Of a DNA stretch of 64,000 bases, positions 1 through 15,492 are shown piece by piece. The position numbers and the translations under genes are program-made. Numbering within the stretch: the stretch's first letter is position 1; every line of letters starts with the position of its first letter. Source of the stretch: the human T2T-CHM13v2.0 reference genome, Homo sapiens; the NCBI RefSeq assembly GCF_009914755.1, contig NC_060937.1; one strand, 5' to 3'. The notes below the pieces were generated by a model. The model was not told the DNA's origin, made no database searches, and saw nothing but the letters and a program-made list of their open reading frames with translations.

Positions 1-1395
1 TCACTTATAGAAAAGCTATAGCTATACATATATCCTTTAAAAAATCTTTTCCCCTTTACAATATATTTGACATGGTAGGACAACAGGATATATTTTAATT
101 AACAATTTGTATCTTGATTTATAATTTAAAAATATGTATATATATTGTATATGGGTCTCCATTTGTACTTTTATGCCATCAATAGCATTTTTTGTGTGTG
201 TCAATTCACCTCATTTCTCTACCATATCCCTTTGTACAATCTAGTTAAAAATAGTAAGGTTTTAGCCACCTCATTTGAAATCTAATTGGAATATATCGAC
301 TGAGCTAAGCGACTATTCACCACTGCCCAAGTCACTGTGACATTTTCATTTGTTAGATGAACATTTAGCATCACTAACTGAAAACACTTTTTCTATAGCA
401 TGTCTTAACTTAAATTTTTAACCTAACATATGTCATATGAATACATCCTCATATCACTGTGCAGAATAACAGAAGAATATTCATGTTGGAGAACATTAAA
501 AAAAATTTAATATGTCACAAATATGTCACTAAATGTACACAAGAACAGAAGTTCCAAGTCTCAGCGTCAAGTGGATAAGATGAATTAGGAATGTCTTCCC
601 TAGTAATTTAAATGTCATTTTTAACTTTATGTTTCCCATTTGACAAACCATTATAGAAAATATATGGAAATAGAAATTGCCAAAATTTCAGCAACCCTGT
701 GTTATTAAGAATTCAAATGAACATACAAATGTATGGTAGATTGTATACCAAACCACCATACTGTGGGCCCTTATCCCTATAAATCTTAGTGGTTAGTATC
801 TCAGGCCATACATAAGCCATGAAAGTTCATTTATAATTGTAGGTTGTCAGGTGGAATTGAATATTGAATTAAAATTACAGCGACTTGCACAAAATTGAAT
901 TTATAATTATACAGAGCCATTATTTAAAGCACAGAAATTTCTTCCAAAGAGATAATTTTAAAAACAAGGCACTTGAGTGCTTATGTTTATTGCAGTTTTC
1001 AGCACCACTATTTCCCCACACATATACACTAATGGACCACTAAATATATATGCCTTTTTAAAAAATAACTTATCTTTGTGCAGTTATTTTTATCTTAGCA
1101 ATTTGAGATGGGAGTTAATGTGCCCCTGTAGAAAATTTGGATTTTTAACAGTGTGTTTCATGGTATATTTGATAAAGAAACATGTATATTAAAAATTTTA
1201 ATTGCACAAGCAGCTCCTCTAGCTTTACTCTAGAAAAAAATAGTACTAATACCATCAGTCATTAGTTGGTGTACTAAGCCTTCCGTACACCATTTTTTGG
1301 GTACTAAGTTCTTTTTATATAATCACACATCAAATAGGTTTTCCTCTAGTTTTTCCAACAGTTTCATAGTTTAGTTATTATATGTACTGCTATGA

Positions 1396-1790
<395 letters not shown>

Positions 1791-2457
1791 ACACACTATT
1801 TTTTATATTGCAGCAGTCTTGGTTTGAGGTGTTTTTTTTTTAATGTAGATATGCAATTGATTCAGTACCATTTGTTTAAAAGAATATTTAATTGTGTTAG
1901 TTCATTTTTTTGACATTTGGTTGTCCCGAAATATGTAGGGGTGTATCTTGATTTTCTCTTCAAATTATCTATATATTCATCCTTTTGCCAATACCACAAT
2001 GTTTTATTTGTATAAATTTTACAGTAAGTTTTTATATCACATAGTACAAATCTTCCAATTTTTTTCCTCATTTTCAAAATTCTATTGATGACAATTCTAG
2101 GTTTTCTGTTTTTCCATGTATATTTTATAATCAGACTGTAGATTTCGAAAAATAAAAAAGCTAAAATTTTGATTAAGATTGCATTCAATCTATAGATCAA
2201 CTGACATCTTAACAATATTGTGTCTTCTGATCTATGTGCTTGATATATCTCTCTATTTCCTTAGGGCTTCTTTAATTTTTTCCATAATAAATTTTTAGCT
2301 TTCAGAATTCAAGTTGTATAAATGTTTTGTTACAATCATTTCTAAGTATTGCATTTTATTGATGATATTTCGATTATATGTATGTGTATGTGTGTATATT
2401 TCTTATTGCACTTTCCAAATTTTTACTGCTCAAAAATAGAAATACGATTTAATTTTC

Positions 2458-2755
2458 AGCTGGGCACAGTGGCTCATGCCTGTCATCCCATCACTTTAGG
2501 AGGCTGAGGCGGGCAGATCACTTGCGATCAGAAGTTTGAGACCACTGTGGCCAACGACCTTTGTATTTTTGGCTAAAAATACAAAAATTAGTCGGGCATG
2601 TTGGGGGGATGCCTGTAATCCCAACTTCTTGAGAGACTGAGGCAGGAAAATAACTTGAACCAGGAAGCAGAGTTTGCAGTAAGCTACGATTACACCACTG
2701 CACTCCAGCCTGGGCCACAGAACGAGACACAGTCTCAAACAAACAAACAAAAAAA
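2458..2755 (+). mobile_element. AluS
   Basis: gctgggcacagtggctca start, A-rich tail, near-TSD atacRatttaattttc on both sides. Confidence 0.95.
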
Positions 2756-4949
2756 GATATACAATTTAATTTTCAATATTGAGTCATATTCTTGAACTAT
2801 GCTAAATTCACTTATTAATTCTGTTAGGGATTTAGGGAAACTCTTCAGAATTTTTATATAAGCAATCATGCCATCCGCGAATAAAACCATTTTTTTATTT
2901 TAAATCTATATGCCTTCCAGTAAGGAATACAATGTTTTTGCCTTATTCTTGAGCATATTGGACAAGCATACAATCCTTTATCATGAAATATGAAATTATC
3001 TGTAAGGTTTTATAGTGTGACAACATTTATTGCAGCTTTCTACATCCTAAGTGGAAGTGGAAGTTCTGAGGGACCATTTCAACTTTGAGAATTATTTGGA
3101 AGTGACAGTGCTACTCACTGGGGTCAGAAATGCAGAAAAATAACAGTAGTGTCCCTACTGAGCCAGAGCTGTGGCCTAGCAAAAATAAAAATGGAATTTT
3201 TATAGGAAATAACTAAAAATAGGTTTTAGGCAGAAACCTGGGACTTTTAAAGATTTTTTTAACTTCAAATAAATGAATTTTTCCCAATATCCTCAACATT
3301 TTATATTTTTATGAAGTAAATTCCCTTGTGTTTATTTTCAAATAATACAAATTGATTTTGAATCTGTGTTTCAGTAAGGTTTTGATAATATGTTTCCTTG
3401 AGTGGTTGGATTACCAATGATTATGTCTGTCCTCCCAACATTTCATCCTACAAATTAAGAGGGTATGTTGGAACTAAAATATGTATAAACCAGGCATATA
3501 GATAAAAAAAGACCTATAATGTAATTTTCATAAACTTACTATGTTAAATAGAAAAAATGGAGGAATGCACTAAGTTCTAGCATTGTAGCACTCAAAATAT
3601 TTTCAACTTTTATAGTTTTATTTTGGATTAATGATAAATGTGGGCAGATGTAATGAGAAATTTAATTATTCCAAAAACATTTCCTGCTCAAATATGATAT
3701 AAGTCAGTATTATATAGAAGGAACTAAAGTAAATGGGAATATGTTCAGGGTGTCTTATGAAAGAATCACAATAAACAGAACATTAATTTTGTATGTATTT
3801 TAAAGAAATGGAAAATAAACTGTTTATATACACTGAAGGGCATGCTTTGCAAAATGAGAAGCAAGACATATGAGTTGAATATTAAAAGGTAATGTACTCT
3901 ACAGAGTTGGGATAAGTCATTATCCAAGAAGAAATCGAAAAAGCCTTTAGCAAAATGTATGCTTGCATTCAAAAGGCAAATAGGAATTGGAACTGAACTG
4001 CTGAAGAAGCTAACAATAAAATTTAAAAAGACAAGAAAATTGCTGTTTTAGGAATTGGCTAATATTCAGCAAAATTGCTGAAGCCAGTATTGGTCATCCG
4101 AACTTTAGAATAAGCTAATTTCAATAGATTCTTCATGGAATATCGAAAATGAAGGCTAAAATACCAATTCATTTTGTTAAGGAACAACTAAACATATTTA
4201 GCCAAAAAAGGAGCAGACTAGTGGGAGGGAGGAAACATATTTCATGGTAACTGTTTATTTATTTCACTGAAAATAGACTGTTCTTATTCATTTCATTCAT
4301 CCAGGCTGCAATTCTCTCTCTCTCTCTGTATATGTTGTGCCATATTGAAGTAGTTAGAGATGTCAGCCAAAATGGGGAGTAGAAAATATGCAGCAATGAA
4401 TGGCATCTGGACGGCATTGTGGCCTCACTTATCACCAGATGTGGGTTAGAAAGCAACTGTTAATTTCCCATTTCATATCAGATTAAATAGCCACAGAATT
4501 CTGTAAAACTCCTGGTAAATGGCAGAAAGGAAAACATCCTTTAAACAGTTTTGATTTGTATTCCCTATTGCTTCTGAGAGCTTCACAAACCACTGGCATT
4601 CAGCCCTAACAGATGTCTTAACACCCAGGGAATTTCAAGAGCCTGTTAAACTATTATGCCCCCTGTGAAAGTTAAAATACTTTGTGTTGCTAACTGGCTT
4701 TCTTTCTGTTTATTGATACCTGCCGAATACTTTTCAGAACAGAAGAAGTGGACTTCATAGAGATAAGATAGAGCTAGCTAGATAGATAGATAATAAACTA
4801 TACACCACCCTCACCAATATACACATATAAAGACACATAAATATATGTTTACATGTCAGTTCTCTTAAAACTACTAAAATGAATTATTACTAAAATGAAG
4901 TTAATTAGCTTCAAGTAAAAATAAACTACTTAATTTTGAAATTTTGCCT

Positions 4950-5010
4950 TAATTGCTGTTGAATCATCCACACCTAGCACAATACTGGGCACTGAATATG
5001 TTCAAAAATC
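4950..5010 (+). mobile_element. L2 3' end fragment
   Basis: cacctagcacaatactgggcactgaatatgttcaaaaat resembles the L2 terminal motif. Confidence 0.5.
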
Positions 5011-6019
5011 AAAACCAAAACAACAAATTAAGTTAAATTAAAAAGTGAAGAAAGAGTTTTAAGTTTCAAGTGATGATATCATAGACATTTTGAAAAATGG
5101 CCTCACCATTCCACTGTTGAATCAATCAATGATTTATAAACGCAGTATTGAATGCTTTATTAGTAAATAAGCTGGTTATAGACATTCTTCAGCTCTCATT
5201 GCATTGTAGGAAACCTATACCGCATAATAACTGTAAGCATGAGGATTACTATAAAACTCCTATTTGGGCCTCTTTCTTTCCATGGCATGAGGAACCATTT
5301 TAATGTAATCATCTAATTATTTTTCAGATTCCTGAGCCAGGTATATTTTATATAAATCAACGAGTATCATAAGCTAACATATAAAGAGTATAATTAAGCA
5401 CAAAAACATTTATTAGAGCCAAGCACAAGAATCTGAAATTTGTAAAGAGAATATTTTTAATAAAAATTTTATTTAAAGAAAGAAACTTTAGGTAATTAAG
5501 AATGTCATTGCTTTTATATTCAAAGCTGGCAGAGGAGCTTGCTAGCCACGTTATTGATATCGAATGAATATAATAATTATTATCCAAAAGTTTTTTATGT
5601 TAGTTAGAAAAAAAGACAATTCAATGACAATCTTTTCTTAAAATATACAGTAAAATTTTAATGGGGTTTGGAGCTTAAGGATTACATGTTAGGTAATATT
5701 TTATTTAACTTTTTTAAAAAGAAAAAGGAACAGAAAATTTATTCAAGAATATCTTAGCTTTACCAACACTGAGGCACATCCTTTCATAGACATTAACACA
5801 CAGATTTTGAGGCTACAAAATTAGAGCTGATGACTCAAATATCCCAGTTAAAGATATGCATTTCAGAACTGTTAGAATTTAGAATTTACTACTTTCACCA
5901 AGTAATAAAATTCCTATTGATCAAAACCTGCACCCTTGTGGAGAGTTGTTTGTTACCTGCCACACAAATGAGTTTAAATGCATGATACTGAAAAAGCATA
6001 GAGGCAATTATAATAAATA

Positions 6020-6115
6020 AAAGAGAGAGAAAATGCCATGTAAAGACAGCCACAGAAGGAAGACGGAGGCAGAGATTGTAATTATGTTGCCACAAGCCAA
6101 GGGATGCCTGGCACA
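6020..6115 (+). mobile_element. MLT1 (MaLR) LTR fragment
   Basis: gacggaggcagagattg...gccacaagccaagggatgcctgg is typical of MLT1B/C. Confidence 0.65.
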
Positions 6116-6140
6116 CCTCAACATTTAGAGATGATGATGC

Positions 6141-6700
6141 TGAAGAGAAAATAGTAGCCAGGAAGTTACCAAGAAAGCCTTAAGTTTCGCCTTACACATT
6201 CTAAACCCAAGAAATGCATCTCCTGACTCCAGGCTCTAACTTCTCTTTTCACAGAGAATTTGCTTTCAAAAGCTTGTAAATTCTTTCTCTGTCAACTTAA
6301 TACGTTAACATTTTTTTTAAAAGCTTCTTGCCAGTTTTACAACCCAGAAATGTTTTTCTCAAGGACGTGGGAGGCATTATTTCGAAAGGCTAAAGCACTC
6401 TCAAGGAAGGTAATGTCCCTGTCTCCCAGCCTCTGTGAGAGGATGAGAACCTAACTTAAGTGGACACCTTGCTCCAAGTTGTAAACTACTTCTTTTCCTG
6501 AAGAGTTGAGAAAGTCTCCTTTTCCTTTAGGTGAGGCCCTTTAGCAAACACAGGTTCTCCATGACCTCTGCCCCCCAACTCCACTCATAAACACTCCAAG
6601 ACCCTTTTGTTCAGTGGAGTTGCACTCAGACCTAGCTACAGACTCTTTTCTATTGCAGTAGCCATGGGCAAAGTCATCCTTGCCTGTTTTTAAAATGGAT
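6141..6700 (+). mobile_element. ERV1 solo LTR, MER34-like
   Basis: Motifs agcttcttgccagttttacaacccag, ctcaaggac, ttgttcagtggagttg, ctattgcagtagcc...aaagtcatccttgcctgttt recalled from MER34-group LTRs. Confidence 0.65.
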
Positions 6701-6967
6701 TTTAAAAAGACAGTGGTTTTACTACACACGTATGAAGAACTAAAATGAAGCAAAGGGATTAATGTATATGTAATAATATGATTATAATGATTTACCATGG
6801 AATGTAAAGTATGAGTACTCATCATGGGTTAATAAACAGTGAAAATAATAGGATAAAATGGATTGAAGAACTTAACAGAAGTCAAAAGATTGATGAAGTT
6901 GAGGTATTAAAAGGAGGAGATGGTAAACGGAGATTGAGAAGTGTACAATTTAAAACTATGGAGGGGA

Positions 6968-7275
6968 GGCTGGGAGTGGTGTCTCATGCCTGTAATCCCA
7001 GCACTTTGGGAGGCCGAGACAGGTGGATCACTTGGTCAGGAGATCGAGACCATCCCGGCTAACACGGTGAAACCCTGTCTCTACTAAAAATACAAAAATT
7101 AGCTGGGTATAGTGGTGGGCGCCTGTAACCCCAGCTACTCGGGAGGCTGAGGCAGAAGATATCAGCTGAACCCTGGAGGCGGAGGTTGCAGTGAGCTGAG
7201 ATTGCACCACTGCACTCCAGCCTGCGCGACAGAGTGAGATTCTGTCTCCAAAACAAACAAACAAACAAACAAAAA
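6968..7275 (+). mobile_element. Alu (AluSc/Y-like)
   Basis: Dimeric Alu with gagatcgagaccatcccggctaacacggtg; (AAAC)n tail. Confidence 0.95.
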
Positions 7276-9186
7276 TGAATAGAAAATCTAGAAAGTCAAG
7301 TTAAATAGCATCCACATGCACAAACATCCACACAGATGTGCACACATATACTCATTTAGCTCTATTTTACCTGGTAATCATAACTGAAACCTGATTTTTA
7401 GCTTTATGACAACAAACAATAACCACTATTCAAAATTTTCAAAACTAATAAAACTATCATTAAGATGGTTTCTGGACAATTGTTTTTACTATAATAAAAT
7501 TTGAAGCAAAACTCTTTAAGCTATGTCAATATTTCCTAGCATATACTCTGCAACCATTATCTATAATGTCTGAGGTTATATAATGTTACCGCAAAAAAAG
7601 ACATTGCATAAAAGAACGCTGTAAGATTATGAAATAATGTAAGACTGGTTCCTTCTGCTTCATTATTTATAGTAACTTAGGTTCAACATTGCATTAAAAA
7701 CGCACATTAGACATTACATTTCCAGCTTTATTGAATTTTGACAAATTTAATTAAAAAGACTTATTGGACCTCACACATTTTAGAAATTACTGGGAAATTA
7801 GAACCTTCATTTTTGTAGTTTTATGATGCAAATTGGCAAATTGCTTACCCTGATAATTCTTTTCCTTCATGCTTCATTATTCATAGATTTAACCATCATG
7901 GACCATATATTAAACAAGTATTACAGTAATTTTGCATGAGCACTTTGTCTCTTATCGTCCTTTGTCCTTTAGTTTATTTTGGATACAATGATTAAATGAT
8001 CCATATCTTCTGCCTATTTCAAATTGATTTCACTGTTACTCAAAATAATGTGGTTCTCTCCAAATTTAAAATTCAGAAGAATATTGACAACTACGCAGTC
8101 ATTTTGAGAATGATCATCTTGTTACTGGCTATGATCTTAAATTCTGATAGCTCTCACTGAATGACAAAGGATTTTATCCTATTAGATGAATTCAAATCAA
8201 GAACAAGTTTCTTCTGACATTACCATTTTAGACAAGTAAAATCCCCATTTACTGAAGTGTACCTCTAATTTAAAATGTAGACATGTTTTACTTAAATAAA
8301 TAATGTCTTATTGACATTAGGATCAAACCATAGGAAACCAGAGCTAAATATCCAAGTCTATTACTTAATGGAAAGTCCTATCATCACTTACAATATTGCA
8401 GATTTAGGAATATGGCAACCAAGAAGTAACAATGACAAGAACAAAACAAAACACAACAAAGCAACAACAAAAAAACTTTGTGTGTACGTATTTGTATGAT
8501 TCTGTTGAAATGTGACACAAAGAAATATTAGTATCAAAAGATTAGTTGATGGCATCAGTGCAGTGAGAATGAAAAGTATATATATATATTTTTTTCCTCA
8601 ATGCCACTTTGCTCATTTCACCAAAACCAAATATGTCTAAAAATGGATTTTAAAAATAAAATAAATACCCTGCCTTTTTTCAGTAAGTCAAATATTCAGG
8701 TATTACAGCATACCATTATTTTAACTAGGGTACTGACACTTCCATTTCTGTGTTCATTGATGGATACGTGGATAAAGAAAATATAATACACACACACACA
8801 CACACACACAGACACGTACACACACAATGGATAGTATTCAGCCTTAAAAAAAACAAAATCCTACCATTTGTGATAATAATATGGATGATCCTGTAGGACA
8901 TTATGCTCTGTGAAATAAGTCATACATAGAAAGACAAACCCTGTATTATCTCACTTACATGTGAAATCTAAAAAAGCTAAATTCACAGAAACTAAGAGGA
9001 GAAGGGTGATTATCAGGAGTAGAGGAGTGGAGAAAACTGGAAGATGTAGGTCAAATGTACAAACTTACCTTTACAAGATGAATAAGTTCTGAAGATCTCA
9101 TGTACAGTGCGGTGACTATAGTTCATAGTATGGCAACCAAGGAGTAATAATGACAAGAAAAAAACCAAACAAAACACAGCAAAGCT

Positions 9187-9589
<403 letters not shown>

Positions 9590-9721
9590 TTAATTAAATG
9601 ATTAATTAATTGAATGCTTAAAGACATTTTATTGGGGGGCCTTGAAATAAACATCTAACATTTTTATAATCAAATGTTATAACTTGGTATGGAGGCCTTG
9701 GAATGAAGAACTAACTCTTAC

Positions 9722-10019
9722 TCTTTCTTTCTTTTTTTTTTTGGAGTTTCACACTTGTTGCCCAGGCTGGAGTGCAATGACATGATCTTGGTTCAACACA
9801 ACCTCCACCTCCCAGGTTCAAGCAATTCTCCTGCCTCAATCTCCTGAGTAGCTGGGATTACAGGCATGCGCCACCACACACAACTAATTTTGTATTTTTA
9901 GTAGAGACGGGATTTCTCCATGTTGGTCAGGCTGGTCTCAAACTCCAGGCCTCAGGTGATCTACCTGCCTCGGCCTCCCAGAATGCTGGGATTACAAGCA
10001 TGAGCCACTGCACCTGGCC
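9722..10019 (-). mobile_element. AluSp-like
   Basis: Antisense Alu with ttctccatgttggtcaggc; TSD ctaactctt. Confidence 0.95.
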
Positions 10020-10489
10020 CTAACTCTTTCATAATCAAATTGTATAGCTATTAGAGAAAGAATCAATATATTTTGATATCTACAAATACAATGCAAAGTC
10101 TTACTTTTGTCAAAAAGGAGAACAGAATACTTTCATTTTTATTGTGAAAATTACTCTCTTGCTAGAGAGTAGATCTCACTGCACAAACAGACACACACAC
10201 AGGTAACTGTGTGAGGCAATGGTTACGTTAATTACCTTAATTGCAGTAGTCATTTCACAATGTATACATACATCAAAACATCATGTTGTGTACTTGGAAT
10301 ATATCATACAATTTTTATTTGTCAATTATACCTCAATAAAACTGAATAAAAGAAAATAAATGTAATGACATTAATGGAGGTGTAAGTTATTACTACCTCA
10401 TTCCTCTTTGGAATATGAAAACAATAATACCTTGGAACTCCAAGCACATCATAACCTTTAGATTGATCTTATTCTGTATTTAGGGTAAT

Positions 10490-11070
10490 ACCAATAAATA
10501 TTCCCTTCCATTAATATTTCATTTTTAATGTAAATGTGTCCTATTGATGGGCAATTAATTTGCTTTCAGATACTTTAGTATTATATGCAATGCTGCAATG
10601 AACATCTCCACACTTTCAAATGAGAATGCTTTTGTAATAATATTCTTATAATAAATTAAGCAAAAAATGTGCACTGTAAGAAGTAATCCATGTCAAATTG
10701 CCCTTCAAAATATTGCCTTAATTATACTCCCTTAAAGAACATATGCAAGTCTGTCTCTAATTCTTGCCATACAGCTACAGTGTTTTGTTTTTTCATATTT
10801 TTAATTACCAATTAATTCAGCATATTTTCAGATGCTTATTTTTTAATATATTTTACATTTTTTGTAAAATTCCTCTTCATAGCTTTTACCTACTTTTTAA
10901 AAACTGAGTTGTCGGTCTTTTCTTATTGAGTATTAGAATAACTATATACACTATTTGTTCTTGCATATTTATCTGCAATTTTTGTTTTTATTTCACAGAT
11001 AAATTTTGAATTTTTTTGCACAGTAATATTAATCATTTACCTATAGCTTCTGCATTTTGGCCACATTTTG
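10490..11070 (-). mobile_element. Degraded L1ME fragment
   Basis: ctattgatgggcaattaa...tgctgcaatgaacatc, aaattgcccttcaaaa and ttcctcttcatagctttt are antisense L1 3' motifs. Confidence 0.6.
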
Positions 11071-11703
11071 AAATTGTTAAACATTTTGGTTTTCCAGAGT
11101 TTAAATACAAAGTACATTTATGTAGTACATAATGAAAATAAAAATTATTTTTTAATCAAAAGTAATACTTTTGTATTGTATTTGTAGGTATTTAAGTATG
11201 TTGATTCCTTCTGTAATAGTGATAATGGGTTATAAAGAGTTAGATCTTCATTCCAAGGCCCCCATACCCATGTGAAGTTGTCTTCAGCCTCTCTCTCTCT
11301 CTCTATCTATACATAGAGACAGTAATATAAGACATCCCATATTCTATTAATTGTTTTCCCATATAGGGTACAGTGTGGAATATGTTATGTGTGAGAAGAA
11401 TTATGTACTTACATATTTCTTTATCAATCTTGCAATGATTACCAATGCAACCTTTATTGTTTTTCCAATTTCACAATAAATAGATCTTACATTTTAAGTT
11501 AAAATAGCCTGTAGACTTTAAGTATTATAGAGGCTTCTAACTGTATTTGTCTTTTGCTAAAATTAACATATAAAACAAGCATTGAATATTTACAGATTTT
11601 GTTGTAAGGACTTCTGAATCGTTTTTTGTTTTTTTTGTTTTTTTTTTGCCTTTATTCCATACTAATATAGGAGGAATGGGCTTTAAAACTGGTATACTAA
11701 TAT

Positions 11704-12003
11704 GGCCAGGCGTGGTAGCTCACACCTGCAATCCTGGCACTTTGGGAGGCTGATGCGGGTGGCTCACTTGGGGACTTGAGGTCAGGAGTTTGAGGACAGC
11801 CTGGGCAACACGGTGAAACCCCGTCTCTACTACAAGTACAAAAATGAGCTGGGGCGTGGTGGTGCATGCTTGTAGTCCTAACTACTGGGGAGGCTGAGGG
11901 AGGAGAATCACTTGAACCTGGGAGGCAGAGGTTGCATTGAGACCAGATTGTGCCACTGCACTACAGCCTGGGCAACAGAGCAAGACTCTGTCTCAAAAAA
12001 AGA
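11704..12003 (+). mobile_element. Alu (J/old S)
   Basis: Full Alu; degenerate TSD aaaaYtgKtatactaat. Confidence 0.95.
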
Positions 12004-12283
12004 AAAATTGTTATACTAATTTTGCTTTATATAATTATAATGCTTAAGTACATCTTGTTATCTAATTTTATCCACATACAATTATGTAAATTATTTTTTG
12101 GCACTTTAAGCACATCTGTTTTACATGCTATACATTTGAGTAAAGATTCATGTAAACAATGACCTTACATTTAGTCTTCTCACTTCCAATCCACATCATA
12201 ACTGACCTTATACCTCCATAGCATTGATCATGTCCTTACATGCATACTCATGGTTTTTTACTCATAATTTTCTTTTAATATGA

Positions 12284-12700
<417 letters not shown>

Positions 12701-13461
12701 AATGCCTCAATTTCTTTAAGTTTTCTACATTTTACTTTTTTTAAAGTTTTACCTCCCATTCTTCACATCGGTGTTATTTTATATCATATAATATAACCTG
12801 AGTTGAACTCTCAACTCTTACATCATTTATTGTTTTTGAACCTCCCTCCTCCACTAACATAGACACCAAGTTACCCAAGGATAAAAATCGTAACATACTT
12901 AAATTGAAATGTAATGAACTTCTGTCAAATATAAGTTCTACTATTTAAATTTCCTTTGGTTTTAAGGAAAAATTTTAAAAATAAAATAAGTGAATAAATA
13001 AAACTGAAACAATAAGAAAGACACCAATAACTGTAATGAGAAAATCCTGGAATAGCTAAAAGATTCTCAGGTTGTATTGAAGAACCAAATATTAAAACAA
13101 AAAAAAGACCTGTTTTAAGATCTCAGATAAGTTTCCAAAGACTGCCTTCTGCGTCTTGGCATTAAGTGATACTAGCCCAAGCTCTGACCATCTTGAATAG
13201 TATTCCACTTTAAAGGAGAGAAACAAACAAACAACAATGTTCATTATGGTGTAGCACAAGTCTCTACTTTTAAATTGTTCCTACATTTATTTTATGGGTA
13301 AAATTGAGAAATAGCTGCCGAAGCCACTATCTGGTGTATTAATGGTAATTCTCAGAGAAGAGGAGCTTGGAATTAGACAAGGAGAGAAACCATGATGTAT
13401 TTAATGCATTTGGATGCCAGGAATGCCAATGTTTGCTCTGAGGATTATTGTTTATAATACT

Positions 13462-13600
13462 AGGATAATATATTGAGTCCATAGTCTGTGTCAGATGATA
13501 CATTAAATATAATACCCTATTTAATCTTCAAACCCATCCTGCAAGGTAGGTAAGATTACAATAATCCCCATTTTACAGATAATGAATCTAAGGCTTACAT
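13462..13600 (-). mobile_element. MIR
   Basis: atccccattttacagataatgaatctaaggct is the antisense MIR core. Confidence 0.75.
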
Positions 13601-13962
13601 TATTTCATTAGCAATGTTCTAATATGTTCCCATGTATATCACTTTACCTCTGTTGCCACATTTATATTAAGTAATATCACATTTATTGTGATGCTTTGCA
13701 CTTGGTATATTTTCTGTAATATTATTGTGTGATGAATGATAACACCACTAATAAAATGTGTTGAGAATAAATACATGAATAAAATTTAAAGGCTATACTT
13801 GGCATTTATAATACAAAAGCATAGAAACCTACATTGATAGTGATTTTAGTGATAAAATGAGAAAAATAATCTTAGACTTCATCAGAATCGATATATCACT
13901 ATTTGTACCTATGCATATATTTACATTTATATCTATTATCTATGTCCATGCTTGTACCTGTA

Positions 13963-14550
13963 CAGTCATGTGCCACTTGAAGACATTTCAGTCAACCATA
14001 GACCTCATATATTATAGTGGTCCCATAAGATTATGATGAAACTGAAAAATCTCTATCACTTAATGATGCCATAGCTTTTGCAACGTCGGAGCTCGGCACA
14101 TTACTCACGTACTTGTGATGTTGCTCTAAACAAACTACTGTCCTACATATAAAAGTATAGCACATACAATTATGTACAGTAGCAAATAACTTTGTAATGA
14201 GATTCTGTATGGACTATACCACACTTTTGAAATCATTATTTCAAGTGTACTTTTCTACTTATAAAAAAAGGTAACTGTAAAACAGCCTCAGGCAGGTACT
14301 TCAAGAGGTATTCCTGAAGAAGCGCTGTTATCACAGAAGATGACAGCTTCATGCCTGTTATTTCCCCTGATGACCTTCTAGGGGTACAAGATGTGGAGGT
14401 GGAAGATGGTGATATTGAAGATCCTGACCTTGTGTAGACCGAAGCTAATGTGTGTGTTTTTGTCTTGGTTTTTAATAGAAATGTTTAAAAAATTTAAAAA
14501 ATAGAAAAATAGAATAAAAATATAAAGAAAATATTTTTGTGTAGTTGTAT
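13963..14550 (+). mobile_element. Tigger3 (Golem)-family DNA transposon, 3' truncated
   Basis: TA followed by cagtcatgtgccac...tggtcccataagattat terminus; internal aacagcctcaggcagg...gatcctgaccttgtgtag. Confidence 0.85.
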
Positions 14551-14632
14551 CCAAATATCAGATAAAACATTATTTCTGACTCTATATGTGAGGGTGTTTC
14601 CAGAACATACAAGCATTTGAATATGTACACTG

Positions 14633-15471
14633 TGTGATGGTTAATACTGAGTGCCAACGTGATTGGATTGAAGGACACAAAGTATTAATCCTGAGTATGT
14701 CTGTGTGGGTATTGCCAAGAGAGATTAACATTTAAGTCATTGGGCTGGAGAAGGCAGACCCCCCTTAATCTGGTGGGCACAATCTAATCAGATTCCAGCT
14801 AATACAAAGCAGGCACAAAAACGTGTAGAAGAAAGATGGGCCTGGACTCCCAGGCTACATTTTTCCCCCATGCTGGGTGCTTCCTGCTCTGAAACATCAG
14901 ACTAGAAGTTCTTCAGTTTTGGGACTTTGTCTGGCTCTCCTTGCTCCTCAGCTTGCGGCCAGCCTATTGTGGGACCTCATGACCTTGTAAATTAATACTT
15001 AGTAAACTCGCCTATATACATATATGTATGTGTATATATATATATATGTGTGTATATATGTGTATAGATACTTAATACTTAACAAACTCCCCATATATGT
15101 GAGTGTATATATATAAATATATAATACTTAATAAACTCTCCTATATATGTGTATATATGTATATATACACATATATAACAATATGTGTATATATGTGTGT
15201 ATATATGACATATATGACATATACATATATGTCATATAAGTGTTTATATATACATATATACTTAATTCTTAAACTTGCCTCTATATATGCATTTACATAA
15301 GTACTTAAACTCCACTATATATGTGTGTATATGTGTGTATATATACACACATATATATGACTATATATAGTATGTGTATATATATACATATATATGACAT
15401 ATATATGTGTGTGTGTGTGTGTGTATATATCCTATTAGTTCTGTCCCTCTAAGAGAACCCTGACTAATACA
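14633..15471 (+). mobile_element. MLT2A1 5' LTR of HERV-L
   Basis: tgtgatggttaatactgagtg...gagaaccctgactaataca; TG...CA ends; followed by PBS. Confidence 0.93.
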
Positions 15472-15492
15472 GATTTTAGTACCAGAAGTGGG
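15472..15492 (+). other. HERV-L primer-binding site remnant (tRNA-Leu type)
   Basis: gattttagtaccagaagtgg directly after the LTR, matching the recalled gattttggtaccaggagtgg. Confidence 0.75.

Noticed and set aside
5313-5346. 13-nt micro-exon ttttcag|ATTCCTGAGCCAG|gtatat
   Set aside because: Short pyrimidine tract, branch point too close and weak donor; expected by chance.
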